Origin: Tubiluchus corallicola
Taxonomy: Eukaryota > Animalia > Priapulida
NCBI GenBank assembly: GCA_030141605.1
Contig: JAQGDQ010000288.1
Coordinates: forward strand, 70,621 to 134,620
Reading direction: 5' to 3'
Length of the DNA stretch: 64,000 nucleotides
Numbering within the stretch: the stretch's first letter is position 1; every line of letters starts with the position of its first letter. Below are positions 53,301 to 62,300 of the stretch, piece after piece. A program made the translations under genes and the position numbers. The notes beneath the pieces were generated by a model, which ran no database searches, was not told the origin of the DNA, and saw only the letters and a program-made list of their open reading frames with translations.

Positions 53301-56300
53301 TTTTTAAGAACAAACTATAATACCTCATAAAAAGTTCGTAAACCCAAGAACTGTAAGCAGATGTACGTTTATGTACTACAAAGTAAAAGAAGTATGTACT
53401 TCCAACAGCCTATCCTATAAGATATTTATTGCTTTTGAATCTTAATCAACATTGGAATTCCCATAAAACATTTTTTTCTTTATAGGCAATCCAATTTACT
53501 GCGACTGCAATTCAAGATGGCTGCGAGAGCAGAATGCAAGAGGAACATGTGAAGCGCCACCCCAGCACGCTTACAAAGAAATTGCTGATATTTCCTCAAT
53601 TTTGTATATCTGCTCTTGCGACGATGATTCATGTGACATCCGTGACAAAGATATCTGCGACGCCAACACCGTCGTTCCATCATACGAACCACCAACATCC
53701 CCTAGTCCAGATCCACATGTGTGTCCAGAAGCAGAAGACATTACACCATGTAAATGCGAAGTGGCCAGCAGTGGAATAGAGGTCCTTTGTGGCTACATTG
53801 ACACTCAGCAGCTAGACGCCGTTGTAGCTGCTGTGCAGAACCAAACTGTTTCTAGACTTACAGTAATAGACAGTGTTATACCAACACTGAAAAGTGGCAC
53901 CTTTGACGGGGCAACCTTTCGACGTATCACCATCCAGAGAAGTCAACTGTCCACCATAGAACGTGAAGCATTCAAGGATCAACCCCGACTTCGTGAAATA
54001 AATCTGCAGAACAACAAAATCCGCGAATTTCCCAAAGACTGTCTTGTTCATCTGGGCAGTATTGATGAGCTAGATTTATCTTATAATGGGATAACTTCGA
54101 TTGAACAAGATGACTTTAGTGAGTTGCCAGAGAAAAATTTATTGGTTGTGCTATCATTAAATCACAACAATATTGCCTTAATCGAATCAGAGGCCTTTGT
54201 TGACAAGTTCAAGGATCTCAGTGCACTTTATCTGCACAATAATTTCATAGAGGAAATACAAAACTTCACATTTCAAGGTCTAGACAGCCTAAGAATGCTC
54301 TGGTTGTCAAATAATAGGATCTCTCTAGTTCAAAACTACAGTTTTACTGGCTCCGTGAGCCTGGAAGAGCTCTTCTTGGATAACAACAGGCTCACCAACG
54401 ACGGCTTAGAGCAGCAATCCCTAGACCAGTTAAATGAATTGAGATTTTTAAATCTTGATGATAACCAGTTAACAGATATTCCGGATTATATTTTTGAAGA
54501 CAATGAAAAACTAAGCACTCTCTACATCAGGTAGGCCAATGTATGATAATTGAAATGGTAATGAATCAATATATCTAACTGTGGTTTCAATCTTTAGAGT
54601 CACTAATAATTCAAATATTTAAATTTACTGATGGACGATTTCGAAATTTTCTTTGTTTAATCATGAGTAATTCGATTATAATGTTGTTCTTGTAAATTGA
54701 TATCACGATTAATCTTTTGTGACGATTTTTAGTGTTATAGCTATATTTTTCAATGATTGCAGTGATAGCCTATAACTGCTTAACAGCTTTCGTCACTCTT
54801 TGCCATTTTTGCGCTCGCAAACTATTTTTATAGACACGCACCCATTTTCATTAACTACTCTATGACTACCGTATCATCGAGTCAAAGAATTTGAAGCCCC
54901 CATTTCGCAACACTGTGCTTCGTAATTGCGCGAATTGTGTAAGGTAAGAAAAACGAAGGGAAAACACAGTGCAAAGATTCCGTTTACTTCTGCTAAAAAT
55001 GCTTCTTAATCAGTGTGAAACATCATTTACCTACGATTTATCTCGATTTATTGAATTACTCTTCAATGTCGAGTCGATTATACCGATTTATACATGGCTG
55101 TAATCGCGACTAATTCGATTAGTCGCCTATCACTATTTAAACGATTAAAATGGGCAAAACACCAATAAGTGATTATTACGAAGCATCATTTCTTTTTCTT
55201 AATTTCCCAAAGTAAATTAATGTTCATAGCTTTTTTTAAAAGTGCAATTTGATACATAACTTTGAGTTTTCCATAAATGTTGACAAACTTTTGTGGCGAT
55301 GAAATGTAACTTTTTGCGTAATGTAAAAAAAGGATTCATGAAAGGCCTGAAAAACGTGAGTTATTTGAGAGAAAGCACTCATTTACATTGAAGGACATTT
55401 TGCTTATTTCAGGCGTAACGCAATTGACAATATTCGATTTGAGGACTTTTTTGGGCTGCCAGGCTTGCTTGAACTAGACCTCTCCTACAACCACATTCCA
55501 ATGATCAAGAGAGATACATTTTCCGCAATGCCATTTCTGGAAACTCTAACTATTACTCATAATGAGTTGAATGCCACATGCTTACAAGCGTTTGGATTTT
55601 CTTCTTCTATTAGACGCATCTATCTTCAGTACAATGCTCTTCAGTACCTGTTGGAAAACGTGTTCGGTTTTGGGACAATGATTAGACCGGAAATTATTTT
55701 TCTCGACGGTTGGTAACGTTGCCATGTTTTTGTAATAGGATTACCAGCTCAAGTTTACAATTCCCCACACAACAAGCATTCGTGAAGTGGATTAGGTTTA
55801 AGGTTTATGGTATTTAAATTATATGGCAAACTGTAAACTCCTTCCAGAATTATCTAGTTTTATGCTAGTGTAACAGAACTAAAATGCTCTTACAGAATCA
55901 CAAATAAAAATTATTGTTTCATTAGAAAGTGTTAAAAGTATATAAGCCCTCGGTTCACAATGTCACACATTAACAAAGGCGTATTCTTAGACAAATCCAC
56001 CTTGATAACTAATTTAAGTGAAAAATGAGGCATTAAAAACTTCGGGAAACCAGAACTTGAACCCAGAACCTTGCGATTTTAGGTCGCATTCTCTAATTGC
56101 TGGTCTGAGATTTCATCATAGCAAATACAGTCAATTAAAGTGACACATACACACGTCCGCACACGCATACATGAACACTTGTCCATACGTACATTATTAT
56201 GTATAATATTTAGGCTGCTAAACCTAAATACTTGTAACAAGTTCTAACGACAATTTTCCTTTAGTCTTATAACTATATATTACCAATAACGCAACTTATC

Positions 56301-59300
56301 CCTATTTAAAGTCGAATCATTTGGTCTGCTGACAAGTATTGCATTACCTAATTTTGAACAATAGCATGCTGGATCTAAGAATACTGAATTAATGATGGTG
56401 TATGATGATAGTAATAAAATGATGTAATTTCTTCGCTGTGAAACTAGAACATTAACAAAACTACAAAGTCTTCTAAAATATTGGCCTTCTGTCGTCACCT
56501 ATTTTAAAGTTAATTGTTAAATTCATGTGCTTGATTTGTGCTGCCATCTCCAGGTCAGTTTTACAAATAAAATTTGTTTAACATATTAACGTTATTACGC
56601 ACTTTGATTATTTAATGACTTATTTCGCGATATGCTTTTACAGGAAATCCTTTAGCTTGCGACTGCAATCTCAGATGGGTAGTGGATGATGACCTAATAT
56701 TTGCTCAAGGTAACTGTGCTACACCTCCAAGTTTGGAAGGCCAGGCCGTAGAAAGCATAGATCCAGATCGTCTCACGTGTGAAGATTGCGATGTCTTGAC
56801 CCGCACTGGCTGTGATATCCGCAATGACGATTTCTGCAACTGGGACACGATTCCAACTCCGCCGCCTCCTGAAATCTACCAATGTCCACGTCAAGAACTC
56901 ATCAACCCTTGTACCTGCGTTGCTACAGGAGATCCACGCGAGGGACTTTTCATCTCATGTTTAGAAGGAAACGTGGATGAAGTCATCGTAGCCATTTCAC
57001 GCATTCGGGATCCAATTGACACACTCACTATATCCAACGTAAAAATGGAAACCATTCCTCAGAGTGCCTTTGAGGGGGCAAACATCTTAAATCTGTATAT
57101 CACCAACTGTGGTGTAGAAAGTATTTCCACTGATGCTTTTGTTGGACTAGAAGACACTTTGAGCAGCTTAACTTTAAGTTTTAACCAATTGGATAAAATT
57201 CCAGACAGATCTGTAGAAAAGTTGACAGCCTTAACTAATCTAGATTTATCTGGCAATCGGCTGTTTGACGTTGACGATGATGACTTTCTTCCAAATGCTC
57301 TCCCGAACCTTGAATACCTGCGGTTGCACAGAAACAACATATCAGAAATATCTATATGTGCTTTTGAGAACTTGCCTAGTCTCAAATATCTTATGCTGCA
57401 GGAGAACCAATTGTCAGATTTAAAAACTGGAACGTTCTGTAAACTGCAATACCTTGAGTACTTATGGATATATGACAATGCTATTGAAACCATACCTGAA
57501 GGCGTGTTTTTTAATTTAGCTAAACTTGAGTATTTATCGCTAAGCAACAATTTACTTAACGAGGCTGGTTTAGCCACTGGAGTTTTTGCAGGATTGGTGG
57601 AACTCGATCATCTCTATTTGGATAATAACTTTTTGTATGACATTCTTGCTCGTGTCTTTGAGGGGCTCGACGATCTCAAGTCTCTTTCTATTAGACAAAA
57701 TAAGATCATGAACATTTCCTATGATGATTACATTGGCATACCTTTGCTGAGAAAGCTGGACCTCTCACAAAATTTGTTGACTGAAATTCCTAGTGAGGCA
57801 TTTGTGGAAACTCCTTCTCTAGAAGAAATAAGAATAAATGATAATGACATTGAATCTGTATGCAAAGATGCATTTAAAGGCCTTACGAACTTACAGACCC
57901 TTCAGCTGGCAGACAATTCTTTATTGTACTTGATGGAAAATTCGTTTAGCGGAAACAAGACACCTGGTGTCATGGACTTGTCAGGTAAGCAAAATTTCTC
58001 AACCAGTTATTCGAATAGTAACTTGTTAATAATATAAGTAACATAAATTTTATATATTATTGTATAATTGATGTTACTACAAGAATTATTGCTAGCAATT
58101 ACTTTAAAACCAAGGTATGGTTAATACTAGCAATCTAGATGACTTGTCTGTCAAATTTTTTTCTAAGAATATAACACTTAACTCGTGAACCCATAATCTC
58201 ATGTCAGTTATGTGGCTACTGGTCTAGCCCAGTGTTTATGAGTTATTCAATTACTCGAAAGACAGCGTCTGTGACATTAGGGGTGTAAGAAATGTCAAGT
58301 TGACCGATTTTATGGATATTCAGCTGAGTTCGTGATCAAATGACAACGACAACGGTTACTGCAACTCTAACAAAAGCTACGCTTAATGTGAATAGGTGGA
58401 CGAACAATATTTCTTTAGCAGAACAACGGGTTGATCTAAAAGGATTTACAAGTCTTTATACGTCTACTCTTCCGTTGTTGTTCATACAGTCAGATCAACC
58501 AAAAATCTGCATAATAACTTGGTTAAACGTTATGGCTGCTAGAGAACAATGACCACTGTTGCGGATGCATCTGTACAAAGTAAACCGGTATCCATACGCT
58601 GCTTGTGCATTTTGAATTTACAAATTTTCATTGTTCACTTTGCTCAGAAAATAATGGCGGGTTCGGACTAGAGAGTTTTCCCTCGAGAGTTTTCTCTGGG
58701 AATAAACTCGCAAGTGTGAACGGCTTTACGCGTTCTCTCAACTAGTTATTGCAAATTCTCTGTATGTTGCTGAGAGTTCACTCGCAAGTTTCTATTCATT
58801 GCAAGAACTCTCGAGAGAGAGAACTCACAAGCTTTGTAGTCTGAACGCACTATAAAGATAGCAACAGAACTCAATAGGAACTCAATAGAACTCAATTTGC
58901 TGAAATTTGAGCCGTTGTCCTACCTATCTGTTTTTTTGTATTGAATGTGTTAGATGCTTGCTTCTATATTGATCCTCTCAGTAAGCTTGTGTTCGTTAGT
59001 GTTGAGCGATTACTAACTTTAGACGAAATAGCAGTGTATATAGATATTATTTGTAGAGCCTTGCAATACTACATCAACTATGAACTATGAATTTTTATTT
59101 CACACATCAAAAAATACAATATCAAACATCAATAAATTTAAAATAAAATAATTTGAGTAGCGCGAGGTGAGTGTACGACCATACGGTCATTAACACACTC
59201 ACCTTACTTAATGAAAAAATAATTATAATTATGCATGCTTCTGTAGATAACTTAATAATGTGAATAAGGATGAAGTAAATAACGTAATAATAGCAATGGT

Positions 59301-62300
59301 AAGAGCAATAAACCTGAAAATTGAGAAAAGAAAACATAATATGTAATTACGACTTCGAGTGAGCCTTAAAGAGTGAAAAATTTTAAATAGTTACGAATTT
59401 GAATTATCTGATTATCTGTCAATGCACCACTTACTTGCTTGTATATACAATTATAAACATATACACATATATATGTACCCATATTTAAGTGGAGGAGAAA
59501 AGATTAAATTATATATTATACTTGTAGTAATAACTATAATTGTATATAACATTGAAATGTAACTGATGGTAGTAATGTAGCCATCATAACCATTAAAGAT
59601 AGGCTATGGGGGGGGGGGACAAATTATAAGAATATAAGTGATTCATTAGCAAAATTAATGCTACAACAATACATTCAAATTTTTTTGTATCATGAGGAAA
59701 ATAATGTTGATTATATGTGGGCGAAGAGAGGTTATATTATAAGTCGTTATAACCAAATTATTTTAATAAATATGGCTATTAGGAACAGTCGTATAAGTAT
59801 AAGTCGTAAAGGTACTTTTTAGTAGAAGAAAAACACTAGTGCAAAAAGACACACGAGCACAAAAAGAAAAAACCTCTGGTCTTCTTTGCCAATGAATACT
59901 TACTAATTAAAAATATCTTATATTGCTTGGTAGCTATTTTTAAAGAAGGAGAGGAAATGATTGTCTTGGGCTTATAATGGATCACTACACTGAAGAAACA
60001 CTGCACTTTGTTAAGATGAGGTTCGCTGTTGTTTGCGATTTTGTCAAATTTTGAATTTCAGTGCAGTGTATTATTCTTTTACACTGCTGCGCTAATGTAA
60101 TCATTAATGCCTAATTATTTTGTTATTTTTACTAGGAAATCCAATCTTATGTGACTGCAACACGCAATGGCTGGCTAACCACACGAACCTAAAGGGACAC
60201 TGTGCTGGTCCTCCACACCTGGAAGGCAATGAAATTCAGGGCATGCCGTGGATTATTCTTGTATGCTTAAATCCAGATGACGACATCCGTGATCTTGATT
60301 ACTGCCATCCAGACACTCAGCGTCCTACTGGTCTTCCCACTGCGAGACCAACTCCGTCTGATCCAACATTTGCATGCCCGCCGAAGGAAGACATCTACAA
60401 TTGCACGTGCTTTTCAGAATTATTTGGTGTTGCACTGTACTGCATTGACCTGGGACTGAACATAACCCAACTTTCTGAAATTTTGCAGATTTTTCTGAGC
60501 AGTTCGACTCCAATTGTTACGCTCTCTGTCACAGGATCATACCTACCAAGCATTCCAAATAACCTCTTTATGGGTACTAATATTCAAGTATTGTATCTCA
60601 CTCAATCGTACATTTCTAACATTGCCATAGGCGCATTCAATGGACTCGAAGAAAGCTTAGTAATTCTGGTGCTAAACTACAACAAGTTGCAAGACATACC
60701 GACTCAAGCAACCAACCGTCTGGAATCCCTGCAAGTCTTAGAACTCTACAAAAACGGCATAGCGAGAGTTGGCGAAAATGCGATTAATATTGCCACTTTG
60801 CAAAATCTTCATCTTAGTGGTAACCTTATTAGCGAAATTGAGATTGATGCTTTTGCTGGTGTGCAGAGACTGTCAGCACTGTATTTGCAAGACAACAGGT
60901 TATCTACATTGAGGACTGGTTCCTTTGATGGTCTAACCAACCTTTGGCGGCTTCAACTACAACAAAACAATATGAAGGTAATAGAGATTGACGCATTTCG
61001 GGGACTTGGTCGGCTCGAGGTCCTTGACCTCACGTCCAACCTTCTTGATGACGAAGGTTTTGCTGTAGGCTCATTGGACGGACTTACAGAAGTCAGCTTT
61101 GTGTATCTGGATAACAATCTTTTGAATGACATTCCTGGCGAAGTTTTTCGCGATTTCGTAGATATCGTCTCCTTGTCCATAAAGAACAACAGAATTAGTA
61201 GATTAGATTGGGATGATTTTGTTGGAATGGGGCACTTGAGCTTTCTGGACCTTTCTCAAAACGTGATCACCACTGTACCTGGTGAAGTGTTCAAAGAATT
61301 AAAAGGTTTGGAGTATGTATATCTTCGTGACAACAAGATCCAGTCTGTCTGTAAAAATGCTTGGTTTGGCATGGACAGTCTTGCTGTTATCGACCTAACC
61401 AATAATTCTCTTACAACACTTTTGGAGAACACATTCGCCGAGAGTGACCAGATAGAACAGAATTCTCGCAGACTTCCATTTAGAATTAATTTGGAGATCA
61501 ATCCCCTAGATTGTGATTGTAATTTGAAATGGGCTAGAACCCCTGCTTACGTTGAGGAGATGGCCGTGACTGGGACCTGCAGTAGCCCAGCACATTATGC
61601 TGGTTATTACCTTCAAGATATGAATCCAAACTTGCTCATTTGTGACTGCGTGACACGCGGATGCGATGTAAGCCATCTGGACTACTGTGTTGGTCCTCCC
61701 ACTTGTCCACCATTTACTTTAATCTTACCATGTACCTGTACCGAGTACGCCTTTGGAAAGCCAATTGTTACTTGCCAAAATGTTGGATCGGAATTAATCT
61801 ACATGGCACTATCAAGAATAACCACCCCAATCTATGAACTTGTCATTGACAACTGTGATCTGCCGTCACTTGCAAAGTTTGCCATTTTTGAGCTCAATCA
61901 TTTGCGCATCGCAAACGGCAATCTTGAAACAATTCATGATGATGCATTTGAAGGACTGGAGGAAACACTGGAGACAATCATTCTTGCACAAAACAAGTAA
62001 ATACCATACTTTTTCCTATTAGGAAATGTTAACAAAGAACCAATGTTCTAGAAGCGTAAAACATGATTATACTGTTAGAAGCTTAGAGTTAATTTGTACC
62101 ACTAAAGTTTCCAATCTAGGTGTCTTACTAACTTGTTTCTGGAACTTTTAAAACGAGCTTTAAAATGGATTTGAGGGTTAAACGGAATAAACAGGAATTT
62201 TAAAAAATTAGAATTGGTGATGGACTACGGTTAGCATAAAGTAAACGGTTGTTGAAAAGGAGTTATTACATACGAAATCCAATTTAGCTTTTTTTATCTC

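Noticed and set aside
56045-56110. tRNA gene (also 40765-40826 and 15755-15800)
   Set aside because: B-box-like GGTTC/GATTC motifs are present but no complete cloverleaf; likely SINE remnants
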